A DNA stretch of 64,000 bases from Sphingomonas sp. Its GTDB lineage: Bacteria > Pseudomonadota > Alphaproteobacteria > Sphingomonadales > Sphingomonadaceae. This document shows positions 1 through 8,731 of this stretch, one piece after another. Position numbers and translations under genes: made by a program. The notes beneath the pieces were generated by a model. That model was not told the origin of the DNA. It worked only from the letters and a program-made list of their open reading frames with translations, and did not search any database. Positions within the stretch are counted from its first letter, which is position 1, and the number at the start of each line of letters is the position of its first letter. The stretch lies in NCBI RefSeq assembly GCF_025362505.1, contig NZ_JANYGG010000065.1:12536-76535 (forward strand), written 5' to 3'.

Positions 1-12
1 CGATTTGATCAT
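1..12 (-). CDS. 5' end of a gene running off the left edge (MIKS...), probably part of the ECF regulon
   Basis: Minus strand reads GAGGGAGACATCATC-ATG ATC AAA TCG (Shine-Dalgarno plus ATG at 12). It is preceded by the ECF-like promoter at 62-87. Only 4 codons are visible. Confidence 0.5.
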
Positions 13-61
13 GATGATGTCTCCCTCGTCATCGGGGCGGTTCTTGCCCCAGTATCGAGAG

Positions 62-87
62 AACGACGGCGCACGCGCGCTTCATCC
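62..87 (-). promoter_or_regulatory. Putative ECF sigma promoter GGATGAA-N14-TCGTT
   Basis: Same boxes and same 14-nt spacer as the motif at 1481-1506, placed upstream of a Shine-Dalgarno and ATG. Confidence 0.65.
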
Positions 88-100
88 CCGGGCCGACGAT

Positions 101-1438
101 TTATTTCGCTCCGACCAGCCGCGGATCGATCCGGCAAGCGCGGCAGATGATGCCGCGGCCGACCCGTCCCTTGCCCGGCACGGCTTCGGCGGCGAGGCGC
201 GCCGCGCTGCCCGTCAGCGCCAGCCGCGCGGCGACCAGCGGCGCGGCGAAGCTTGTCCCCCGTACCCGTGCAAAGCCTCGGCCCGGGAGCGCAGCGGCGA
301 GATCGGCGCCGGGCGCGGCGAAATCGAGGTGAACAGCCTTTCCCGCCTCGGTCAGCGCCCGGTCGCGCGCGTCGACCGCGGTGACCGCAATCACCCCCGG
401 GTAGGATGCGGGATATTGCGGCGGCGCGGCTGGGCCATCGTTGCCGACCGCCGCGACGACCGCGATCCCGCGCCGCTCGACCGCCTCGATCGCCCTGGCG
501 AGCAGGCGGTTATTCGGCCCGACGAGGCTGATGTTGATCACTTGTGGCCGCTTCGCCGCGGCCCACGACAGGGCGCGCGCGACCGTTTCGGCCGAGCCTG
601 CCGCGCGATTGCCGCCATAGACGTCGGCGACGATCAGCGACGCCCCGCGCGCGGCACCGTGAAATGGTCCCTGGTCGCCGACGATGAGCGAAGCGACCGC
701 CGTACCATGTCCGGTCGGGGCGGGATTGCCGGCAAAACCCTTCTGCTCGATCGACGCACCGGCGAGCGACGGGTGCGACGCTACCGCCCCGTCGATCATT
801 GCGATCCGCGTCGCGTTTCCGCCAGCACCACTCGCCAGCGCAGCTCCCGCCGCGACGGCAAGCCCGCCGCCGGCCGGCTCGAACAGATGATTGTAGTCGG
901 CATCGATCCCCGGCGCCGCCTGCCGCAGCCGCTTCAGCGCCTCGCGCGCGCTTATCTTGCGCGGCGCCGACAGGATCGTCATGCGCAACCCCAGCTCGGC
1001 CGACCGCGCGTCGCGAAGCACGATGAAGCCCGCGCCGCGCGCCGCATTCAGCGACGCTTCGCCCAGATCGACCGCGACCAGCTCGCCGCGGCGGACCGGA
1101 TTGCCGTCATTGTCCATTTCCAATGCCCGGCCGTTCTCGCGCACCAGCTCCCTCAGCCGTAGTCGGCGAATATCGAGCAGGCTCGCCGGATCGAGCCCCG
1201 CGACGCCCTCGACCGCCACCGTATCGAGCGTCCGCAGGACTCCGGGCGCAGAATTTGAAATTGCGCTCGACCCACCTGGCCCGCGCTCCCCGCCGAGCAC
1301 GCCGCCAAGGACTGGCAAATTGCCGAGACCGCCGACCGCTTGGTTGATCGATGGCAACAGCTGCGCCGTCGCCGCGCTCGCGACCGAGGCAGCGACTAGC
1401 AACATGGCGGTGAACAGGTGACGGCGCGGTGCGGACAT
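101..1438 (-). CDS. Secreted S8 (subtilisin-like) serine peptidase
   Basis: Catalytic motifs IAMIDGAV (Asp), TGHGTAVAS (His), AAVGNDG (oxyanion Asn) and RGTSFAAP (Ser). Signal peptide MSAPRRHLFTAMLLVAASVASAATAQ; start moved to the ATG at 1438. Confidence 0.9.
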   Translation of the reverse strand: MSAPRRHLFTAMLLVAASVASAATAQLLPSINQAVGGLGNLPVLGGVLGGERGPGGSSAISNSAPGVLRTLDTVAVEGVAGLDPASLLDIRRLRLRELVRENGRALEMDNDGNPVRRGELVAVDLGEASLNAARGAGFIVLRDARSAELGLRMTILSAPRKISAREALKRLRQAAPGIDADYNHLFEPAGGGLAVAAGAALASGAGGNATRIAMIDGAVASHPSLAGASIEQKGFAGNPAPTGHGTAVASLIVGDQGPFHGAARGASLIVADVYGGNRAAGSAETVARALSWAAAKRPQVINISLVGPNNRLLARAIEAVERRGIAVVAAVGNDGPAAPPQYPASYPGVIAVTAVDARDRALTEAGKAVHLDFAAPGADLAAALPGRGFARVRGTSFAAPLVAARLALTGSAARLAAEAVPGKGRVGRGIICRACRIDPRLVGAK

Positions 1439-1474
1439 GACAGGACCTTTTAACGGCAAATGATGAATGGCTGT

Positions 1475-1506
1475 GGAGGAAACGAGCGCGGTTCGTCGTT
1501 TCATCC
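1475..1506. promoter_or_regulatory. Symmetric bidirectional ECF-type promoter
   Basis: GGAGGAAACGA-N10-TCGTTTCATCC inverted repeat. It reads GGAGGAA-N14-TCGTT on + (1475-1500) and GGATGAA-N14-TCGTT on - (1506-1481). Confidence 0.65.
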
Positions 1507-1518
1507 GCATGAGGTGCA

Positions 1519-2010
1519 ATGAATCTCGATTTCGATCAGGGACTGGGGGCTTGCCTGCCGCGGCTGCGGCGGTTCGCGCACGCCCTGTCGCGCGATGCCG
1601 CCGATGCCGACGACCTTACCCAGCTGACATTGGAGCGGGCGCTTCGCTCGCGCGGCCAGTGGCAAGCGGGGACGCGGCTCGATTCATGGTTGTTCCGGAT
1701 CATGCGCAACCTGTGGATCGACACGGCGCGCGCCCGTCAGCGCGCGGCGAAGGTCGAGGCGCCGCCGGAGGCCGGGCTGAATGTCGGTCACGACCCGCGG
1801 GCTGCAACCGACGCGGCGATCGACCTGGGCCGGGTCATGACGGCGATGGAGCGGCTCCCCGCCGAGCAGCGCGAAGTGGTCGCGCTGATCCTGATCGAGG
1901 GGTTCGGCTATCGCGAGGCAGCGGAAATGCTCGACGTGCCCATCGGCACCGTGTCGAGCCGCTTGCTGCGCGGGCGCACCGCGCTGATGAAACTGCTCGG
2001 CGAGGAGTGA
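1519..2010 (+). CDS. ECF-type RNA polymerase sigma-70 factor
   Basis: Region 2 (DADDLTQLTLERA...DSWLFRIMRNLWID) and region 4 (LPAEQREVVALILIEGFGYREAAEMLDVPIGTVSSRLLRGR); GAGGT Shine-Dalgarno. Confidence 0.95.
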   Translation: MNLDFDQGLGACLPRLRRFAHALSRDAADADDLTQLTLERALRSRGQWQAGTRLDSWLFRIMRNLWIDTARARQRAAKVEAPPEAGLNVGHDPRAATDAAIDLGRVMTAMERLPAEQREVVALILIEGFGYREAAEMLDVPIGTVSSRLLRGRTALMKLLGEE

Positions 2011-2014
2011 GCCG

Positions 2015-2707
2015 ATGACCGACGAGAAATTTTTTGCGTGGCTCGATGGCGAGCTGTCCGCAGCCGAGGCGGCCGAGGTCGCCGCCGAGGTTGCCGCCGA
2101 CAGCGAACTTGCCGCGAAGGCCGAACATCATCGCGCGTTCGCGGCGCGGCTGAAGGAAGCGTTCGACCCGGTGATGGCCGCGCCCGCCCTGGCCATCCCG
2201 AGCGCGCAGGTCATCGATCTCGCCGCCGCGCGGCAACGTCGCCGCGGCTGGCTTCCGGCGCGCGCACAATGGGCGGCGCTAGCGGCCACGCTGGTACTCG
2301 GGCTGCTGACTACGAGCCTGTTCTTCGAGCGAGGGATCCTGACAACGCCGCATGGTGATCAGCCGGTCATGGCCGGGGGTGCGCTTGGTGCGGCGCTCGA
2401 CACCCAACTTGCGAGCACGCCGGCTGCTGGCTCAGCGATCCGCATCGGCCTGACGTTCCGCGCCAAACAGGGCGCGATGTGCCGCAGCTTCACCCAGCCC
2501 GGCTCGTCGGGACTCGCCTGTCACGAGCAGGGCGGCTGGCGTGTCCGCGGGCTGTTCGCGACGGATGGCGCGCCCGACGGGAGTAGCGATTACCGGATGG
2601 CGGCCGGCCCGGACCCACGCCTCGCCACTCTGATCGACGAGACCATCGCGGGCGATCCCGTCGACGCTCGCGCCGAAGTCGAAGCGCGCACTAGGCGATG
2701 GCGCTGA
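2015..2707 (+). CDS. Transmembrane anti-sigma factor
   Basis: N-terminal AWLDGELS anti-sigma-domain signature, one TM helix (WAALAATLVLGL), periplasmic domain with a Cys pair; directly follows the ECF gene. Confidence 0.85.
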   Translation: MTDEKFFAWLDGELSAAEAAEVAAEVAADSELAAKAEHHRAFAARLKEAFDPVMAAPALAIPSAQVIDLAAARQRRRGWLPARAQWAALAATLVLGLLTTSLFFERGILTTPHGDQPVMAGGALGAALDTQLASTPAAGSAIRIGLTFRAKQGAMCRSFTQPGSSGLACHEQGGWRVRGLFATDGAPDGSSDYRMAAGPDPRLATLIDETIAGDPVDARAEVEARTRRWR

Positions 2708-2755
2708 TGAAATGAGCAATCGCAGGGAGGTTCGAATAGCTCTCTGCCTGCATGG

Positions 2756-3187
2756 AAGTTCGTTGCGTCAAAGGCCAAGGGGATGTGGATGGGCGGGACC
2801 ATTCCGCTCGCCTATGATGTCGCCGACCGCAAGCTGGTCGTCAACGAGACAGAGGCGCAGGCGATCCTCACCGCGTTCAGCACGAGTGCCGTGCGTGGAC
2901 CCAAGCTGGTCTCGGGCAGCCTGTTGCAAGGTCTCATCGTCGATCGTCACGGACGGACGATGGGACCAGTCTATACTACGCGCAACGGCCAGCGGTTCCG
3001 CTATTATGTTACCCACCCAAGGACGATCAGGGAAGGCGACCCCGCACCCTATCGCCTTGCCGCCGATGCCATTGAGCTAGGCCGACCAGGATGCACTTCT
3101 GCTCCGCTAGCCGGCTTGCGGTTCAATCAATGCCGAGACACAGTTTTCGCGGCAAAGAGAAACGGCCGTAGGATTACCGCATGTTAG
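2756..3187 (+). pseudogene. Remnant of a large serine recombinase (integrase), 5'-truncated and internally deleted
   Basis: KFVASKAKGMWMGGTIPLAYDVADRKLVVNETEA (end of catalytic domain and linker) is joined almost directly to SLLQGLIVDRHGRTMGPVYTTRNGQRFRYYV (C-terminal region). The catalytic N-terminus is absent. Confidence 0.75.
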
Positions 3188-3289
3188 GCCGGCGCGACTT
3201 TCTCAGCCGGAGCATCGACACTTATGCCGTCATTATTTGGCGAGAATGCGCCATTTGGCCTAAGATATATTGAACATAAAGTCCAATGT

Positions 3290-3302
3290 TATCAGCCACT
3301 TA
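3290..3302 (+). promoter_or_regulatory. IHF-like binding site next to the tRNA 3' end (att-type region)
   Basis: TATCAGCCACTTA matches WATCARNNNNTTR and lies in an AT-rich tract 5 bp from the tRNA CCA end. Confidence 0.45.
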
Positions 3303-3307
3303 GAAGG

Positions 3308-3382
3308 TGGTGACCCCTACGAGAATCGAACTCGTGTTTTCGCCGTGAGAGGGCGACGTCCTAACCGCTAGACGAAGGGGCC
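3308..3382 (-). tRNA. tRNA-Glu (CTC)
   Basis: Reverse complement GGCCCCTTCGTCTAGCGGTTAGGACGTCGCC-CTCTCAC-GGCGAAAACACGAGTTCGATTCTCGTAGGGGTCACCA forms a cloverleaf with TTCGA T-loop and encoded CCA. Confidence 0.97.
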
Positions 3383-3437
3383 GTGCGACACGCGCGCCGG
3401 GCTGGGGCGCTATGTCCGGTCTTGGCGGATTCGTCAA

Positions 3438-4568
3438 TCAGGCGCGGCGGCGGGCGACCTGAGGGCGGTCCTGTTCGATCAGCCAGGCGCGGATCAGGGC
3501 AGCGATGCGGGGGGCCGAGCGACCGTCGCCGAACGGCAGCGCGGGGCGCGCCATCGCCGCCAGCGCGGCACGATCGGCGTGAAGCCGACGAACCTCGCTC
3601 AGCACCTTGCCGGTCGTGGTGCCGACGAGGATGGCATTGCCGCAGGCGATCGCTTCGGGTCGCTCGGTCTTGTCGCGCAGCACGAGCAGCGGGACGCCCA
3701 GCGCCGGGGCCTCTTCCTGGACGCCGCCCGAATCGCTGAGGACGAGGTCGGCGCGGCGGAGCCGGTCAATCATGGCCGGGTGACTGGTCGGCAGGGACAG
3801 GCAAATGCCCGGCTGGCCGGCGAACAGCAGGTGCATGACTTCGGCGACGCGCGGGTTGGGGTGAAGCACCACTTCGATCGCCGCGCAGCCTTCCGCGGCG
3901 AGCGTCACCAGCGCGACGGCGAGGGATCCCAGGCCGGGCCCCCAATTTTCGCGACGGTGACAGGTGACGACGATGTTGAGCGCGGCGCCGACGGCGGCCA
4001 GCTTGTGCGTCGCCCGGGGCAAGGTTGCGAGCGTCGCGTGCAGCGCGTCGATCCCGGTGTTGCCGGTGACGTGCACGGTGCCGCTGAACCCCTCCCGATG
4101 CAGGTTCGCGGCGGCGCCAGGCGTGGGCGCGAACAGCAGGTCGGCGATTTCATCGATGGCGATGCGGTTGCCCTCCTCCGGCCACGGCATGGCGCGGTCG
4201 TAGCTGCGCAGCCCGGCCTCGACATGGCCGATCGGCAGGCCGGCCTCATGCGCCGCCATCGCGCCGCCAAGCGCGCTCGACGTGTCCCCCTGTACGATGA
4301 CGAGGTCGGGCTGCCGCCGGACGAGAACCGACGCGAGCGCGGCGGCGACGAGCGCGGCATGCTCGACCGGATCCTCGATCCCGGCACAGCCGAGTTCCTC
4401 GCACGGCAAGCCACCGAGGCCATGGTCGGCCGCGCGCAACCCGGGATGCTGTCCCGTCAGGACGAGATGCGGCGCGACCCCCGCCGCGGCGAGCGCGTGA
4501 GCAAGTGGAGCAAGCTTGATAGCTTCTGGACGCGTTCCAACGATTAGTTGGACGAAATAACCGCTCAG
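3438..4568 (-). CDS. wecB: UDP-N-acetylglucosamine 2-epimerase (non-hydrolysing)
   Basis: GTRPEAIK, TGQH, VQGDT, HVEAGLRS, PEEGNR, HRREN, SDSGGVQEEAP, TERPE and PFGDG motifs. The conserved N-terminus lies upstream of the ORF-track start, which implies a CTG start at 4568. Confidence 0.9.
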   Translation of the reverse strand: MSGYFVQLIVGTRPEAIKLAPLAHALAAAGVAPHLVLTGQHPGLRAADHGLGGLPCEELGCAGIEDPVEHAALVAAALASVLVRRQPDLVIVQGDTSSALGGAMAAHEAGLPIGHVEAGLRSYDRAMPWPEEGNRIAIDEIADLLFAPTPGAAANLHREGFSGTVHVTGNTGIDALHATLATLPRATHKLAAVGAALNIVVTCHRRENWGPGLGSLAVALVTLAAEGCAAIEVVLHPNPRVAEVMHLLFAGQPGICLSLPTSHPAMIDRLRRADLVLSDSGGVQEEAPALGVPLLVLRDKTERPEAIACGNAILVGTTTGKVLSEVRRLHADRAALAAMARPALPFGDGRSAPRIAALIRAWLIEQDRPQVARRRA

Positions 4569-4625
4569 CGGTCCCCCTAGTCTTCGGCGAGGGGAGACTG
4601 GCTCAGATCGGCGGGTAACGCAAGC

Positions 4626-4907
4626 TTAGCGGAAATTGTCGGAGTAGGCCTGGAGCTTCAGGGTCGCCGGCGCGGCGGGAACGAGGTGATAGTCGAAGCC
4701 CTTGCGCGTCGCGTAGGCGATCGCCTCATCCTTGCTGTCGAACACCAGCCGGACCTGCGTTGGCGTGTCACCCGAGCCCGACCAGCCGGTCAACGGATCG
4801 GGGCGCATCGCCTGCTCGCGTTCGAATTCGAGCAGCCAGCGACCGGCCTTGGCCTTGCCCGACTGGGTCGTCTTGCGGTCGTCCTCGATGATGCGCGCGG
4901 TGGTCAT
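4626..4907 (-). CDS. ETC complex I subunit (NDUFS4-like) family protein
   Basis: TQSGKAK...W.LEF...PDPLTGWSGSGDT..QV.L.F...EAIAYA...YSDNF. Confidence 0.85.
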   Translation of the reverse strand: MTTARIIEDDRKTTQSGKAKAGRWLLEFEREQAMRPDPLTGWSGSGDTPTQVRLVFDSKDEAIAYATRKGFDYHLVPAAPATLKLQAYSDNFR

Positions 4908-4938
4908 GGGTGCGCGGTGCCGCAGGGCGCGGCGGGAA

Positions 4939-7401
4939 TCAAGAGCCGCCGCGCGCTTGCGCCCGCTTCGTGCGCAGCGAGGCGACGGCAGCGGTGGGAT
5001 CGTCGGGCCAGTTGTGGCGCGGATAGCGGCCGCGCATTTCCTTGGCGACCTCGCGCCACGATCCGGCCCAGAAGGCGGGCAGGTCTCGCGTGGTCTGGAT
5101 GGGGCGGTGCCCGGGGGACGTGAGGGAGAGGATGAGGGGCACGCGGTCGCCGGCGACGGTGGGGTGGGCGGAGAGGCCGTAGAGGGCCTGGGGACGGAGT
5201 TCGACGGTTGGGCCGCCGGGGGCGGTGTAGTCGATCGCGTGGAAGGTGCCGGCGGGCGAGGCGAAGGCCGCGGGGGCGATCTTGTCGACCTGGCGTGCCG
5301 CGTCCCAGCTGAGGATCATGTCGAGGGCGGCGTGGAGCTGGCCGGGATCGATGGCGTCGAGTCGACGCTTGTTCGCGATGAGCGGGGGGAGCCAGTCGTC
5401 GAGGGTGGCGAGCAGGGCTTCGTCGGACAGGTCGGGGATGGCGGGGTCGTGCTGGCGAGCGAAGGCGGCGCGGGCGCGCAGCGCGGTCGCGGATTCGGGC
5501 CAGGAAAGGAGAGCGAGGCCGTGTTTGCGGACGGCGTCGAGCAGCGCCGCGGCAATCGCCTCGGCGGGGGGCGAGGGGTCTGGCGCAAAGGACAGGCGAA
5601 GCGCGCCGAGGCGGCGGCCGACGGTCGCGCTGATGGCGTTGGTGGCGGGGTCGAAGCGGACATCGGAGAAGCGGGTGATGCGGTCGGCAAAGAGGGCTTC
5701 GACGTCGGCTTGGTCGATCGCGGCGGCAGACATGATCCGCGCACCCGCGGCGGCACCGGCCACTTCGGCGACGGCGAGCCATTCGGCGCGGGCAAGCGGC
5801 GAGGCGGGGTCGAGACGGAACCCGCGGCCGCCGATCGAGGCGTAATGCTCGCCGGACGGATCGCGGCGGCGCGCGACACGGTCGGGGAAGGCGAGGGCAA
5901 CGGCGAGGGGGAGCGCCTCTCTCCCGCCACGGGAGCGGGAAGTGGCGCGCTTCGCCCAACCTTCAGCCATTCTTCTTGCGGCGGTTGCGCGGGGGCTGCG
6001 GTCGGTTTTCCACCGACGCCACCTGGTCTCGAGGTCGGCATCGTTCCCGCCGAGCCCGCGTTCGGCGAGCAGCGCCGCGACTTCGGCGCCGACGTCGCCA
6101 TAGCCGCGCGCACTCGTTTCGATCAGCATGTGCGCGAGGCGTGGTTCGAGGGGTAATGCGGCAATCGCCTTGCCGTGCGGGGTCAGTGCGCCCGCCTCGT
6201 CGATCGCGCCCAATCGCGACAGGCGGTCGCGTGCCTCGGCCAGGCCCGCCGCGCTTGGTTGGTCGAGGAAGGGGAGCTTCGTCGGGTCGGTCTCGCCCCA
6301 CGTCAGGCACGTCAGCAGCAGGCTCGACAGGTCAGCATCGACGATCTGTGCCGGGTCGTGAGCGGGGAGGGCGGCGTTGGCGGCTTCCTCCCACAGGCGG
6401 ATCGCGACGCCGGGTCGCTGGCGGGCGGCGCGACCGGCGCGCTGGGTCGCGGCGGCGCGGCTGGCCCGCTCGGTGACGAGGCGGGTGAGGCCGGCGCCGC
6501 GGTCGTAGCGCGGGCGCCGCGCGAGGCCGCTATCGACCACGATCGCGACATCGTCGAGGGTCACGCTGGTCTCGGCGATGGCGCTGGCGAGGACGAGCTT
6601 GCGCGTGCCGGGCGCGGGCGCGGCGAGCGCGGCGCGCTGGGCGGCGGGGTCGATCTGGCCGTGGAGGCGGTGGAGGACGATGCCGGGCGCAAGTTCGCCG
6701 AGCGCGGTCGCGGTGCGCTCGATTTCGGCGACTCCGGGGAGGAAGGCGAGCAGCGACCCGTCATGCTCGGCCAGTGCGCGGCGGATCGCGGCGGCCATCT
6801 GCGGCTCGATCTTCGCGGTCGGATCGCGGCCGATGTGGTTGAGGGTGAGCGGGAAGCTGCGCCCCTCGCTCTCGATCACCGGCGGGTTGCCGAGCAAGCG
6901 CCCGAACCGCTCGCCGTCGAGGGTGGCGGACATGGCGAGGATGCGCAGGTCGGGGCGCAGTGCTCCGGCCGCATCGAGCGCGAGGGCGAGCGCGAGGTCG
7001 CTGTCGAGGCTGCGCTCATGAACCTCGTCGAACAGCACCGCCGACACGCCGCCGAGCTCTGGGTCGGCCTGAAGCCGGGCGAGGAACACGCCGTGGGTCA
7101 TCACGATCACCCGGCTCGCCTTGCCGACGCGGGCATCGAGGCGGGTGGCGTAACCGATGGTGGCGCCCGGCTCCTCGCCCAATGCGCGCGCCATATATTC
7201 GGCGGCGGCGCGGGCGGCGAGGCGGCGCGGGACAAGCAGCAGGACCTGGCCGCTGCACCACGGCTCGGTGAGCAGCGCGGGGGCGACGCGCGTGGTCTTG
7301 CCCGCGCCAGGCGGAGCGATGAGGAGCGCCCGCGGGCCGTCGCGCAACGTAGCGAGCAGGTCGGGCAGGACCGAGTCGATCGGGAGCTGATGGTCGCTCA
7401 T
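4939..7401 (-). CDS. hrpB: ATP-dependent helicase HrpB
   Basis: APPGAGKTT, PRRLAAR, DEVHER, MSATL, AETSVT, QRAGRAAR and the HrpB C-terminus (SPGHRPIQTTRDL.FW.GSW..V.KEMRGRYPRH). Confidence 0.95.
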   Translation of the reverse strand: MSDHQLPIDSVLPDLLATLRDGPRALLIAPPGAGKTTRVAPALLTEPWCSGQVLLLVPRRLAARAAAEYMARALGEEPGATIGYATRLDARVGKASRVIVMTHGVFLARLQADPELGGVSAVLFDEVHERSLDSDLALALALDAAGALRPDLRILAMSATLDGERFGRLLGNPPVIESEGRSFPLTLNHIGRDPTAKIEPQMAAAIRRALAEHDGSLLAFLPGVAEIERTATALGELAPGIVLHRLHGQIDPAAQRAALAAPAPGTRKLVLASAIAETSVTLDDVAIVVDSGLARRPRYDRGAGLTRLVTERASRAAATQRAGRAARQRPGVAIRLWEEAANAALPAHDPAQIVDADLSSLLLTCLTWGETDPTKLPFLDQPSAAGLAEARDRLSRLGAIDEAGALTPHGKAIAALPLEPRLAHMLIETSARGYGDVGAEVAALLAERGLGGNDADLETRWRRWKTDRSPRATAARRMAEGWAKRATSRSRGGREALPLAVALAFPDRVARRRDPSGEHYASIGGRGFRLDPASPLARAEWLAVAEVAGAAAGARIMSAAAIDQADVEALFADRITRFSDVRFDPATNAISATVGRRLGALRLSFAPDPSPPAEAIAAALLDAVRKHGLALLSWPESATALRARAAFARQHDPAIPDLSDEALLATLDDWLPPLIANKRRLDAIDPGQLHAALDMILSWDAARQVDKIAPAAFASPAGTFHAIDYTAPGGPTVELRPQALYGLSAHPTVAGDRVPLILSLTSPGHRPIQTTRDLPAFWAGSWREVAKEMRGRYPRHNWPDDPTAAVASLRTKRAQARGGS

Positions 7402-7556
7402 CGCCGGCCAACATGGACAACATGGACACTAGCTACAGTTATTATTCTGCCGGGGGGGTGCATCTCGCAGAGGTTGGGCAAGGCCGGGGCGCGAGGGTGC
7501 GGCATGATCGCGCTGTGACAGATCGCGGCGCTGTAGGACAGCGGCGTCGTCGGGCC

Positions 7557-8570
7557 TTAGTAAGCGCGGGCTACCGCGAATTCGACCGCTTCAACCATCG
7601 CCGCTTTCGCGCGGCTGGGGGCGAAGGGGGCGAGGGCGTCGGTTGCGCGGCGGCCGTAGTAGCGGGCGCGCTCCAATGTGTCGGCGATCGCGCCGCTGCT
7701 CCGCAACAGGGTGACGGCGTGGGCGAGATCGTCGTCGGCGACGCGGTCGCCGGATACGGCGGCCTGCCAGAAGGCGCGGTCGTCGGCGGACCCGCGGGCG
7801 TAAGCTAGAATCAGGGGGAGGGTCATCTTGCCCTCGCGGAAATCGTCGCCGAGGCCCTTGCCCATGGTTGCTTCGTCGCTGGTGTAGTCGATCGCGTCGT
7901 CGACCAGCTGGAAGGCGATGCCGAGGTAGCGGCCATAGGCGTCGAGCGCGTCCTCGGCGGTTTCACCCGCTTCGGCGACGACCGGGGCGATACGGCAGGC
8001 GGCGGCAAACAGCGCGGCGGTCTTGGCCATGATGATCGCGAGATACTGGTCTTCGCCGGTGTCGAGGCGGCGCTGGGCGGTGAGCTGGTCGACTTCGCCC
8101 TCGGCGATCACGGCCGAAGCGTGGCTGAGAATCTTGAGCACTTTCAGGCTGCCGTCCTCGACCATCAATTCGAACGCGCGGCTGAACAGGAAATCGCCGA
8201 CCAGCACGCTGGCGGGGTTGCCCCAGATGAGGTTGGCGGTGCGCTTGCCGCGGCGCATGGCGGAGAGGTCGACGACATCGTCGTGGAGCAGGGTCGCGGT
8301 GTGGATGAACTCGACCGCGGCGGCGAGCTTGTGGTGGCGCGTGCCGGGGTAATCGAGGAGCGCGGCGCTGGCGAGGGTCAGCATCGGCCGCATCCGCTTG
8401 CCGCCGCCGGCGATGAGGTGGCCGGCAAGCTCGGGGATCAGGGCGACCTTCGACTGCATGCGGTCGAGGATGACCGCGTTGACCGCGTGCATCGGCTCGG
8501 CGGTGAGGGCGAGCAGCGGGGCGAGGCTGGGCGCACGTCGGTCGGCAAGGGTCGAGACGGTGGCGGTCAC
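7557..8570 (-). CDS. ispB: Long-chain polyprenyl diphosphate synthase (IspB/DdsA type)
   Basis: GGKRMRP, LLHDDVVD..RRG, KTA, FQLVDDAID and DFREGK motifs. Confidence 0.92.
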   Translation of the reverse strand: MTATVSTLADRRAPSLAPLLALTAEPMHAVNAVILDRMQSKVALIPELAGHLIAGGGKRMRPMLTLASAALLDYPGTRHHKLAAAVEFIHTATLLHDDVVDLSAMRRGKRTANLIWGNPASVLVGDFLFSRAFELMVEDGSLKVLKILSHASAVIAEGEVDQLTAQRRLDTGEDQYLAIIMAKTAALFAAACRIAPVVAEAGETAEDALDAYGRYLGIAFQLVDDAIDYTSDEATMGKGLGDDFREGKMTLPLILAYARGSADDRAFWQAAVSGDRVADDDLAHAVTLLRSSGAIADTLERARYYGRRATDALAPFAPSRAKAAMVEAVEFAVARAY

Positions 8571-8731
8571 GCTGCGCAATTAGGAGGGCGCAGCGGGGAG
8601 GGCAAGGTCGTTGGTCAAAGAGCCGCCTTCCCGCTTTTGCGGAAACGACGGCGGCGCTCGTCGAATGGCCAATTGAAAGCAGGCCCGGCGCGGCTTACCT
8701 ATCGCTTCCTTAGGCCATTCAGGGGTTTCAC

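Noticed and set aside
5-1162. 385-aa plus-strand ORF and similar long Arg/Gly/Ala-rich ORFs (for example 4732-6156, 6175-7518, 38634-40124, 48253-49986)
   Set aside because: They are antisense or frame-shifted shadows of well-supported genes, expected in high-GC DNA, and carry no motifs.
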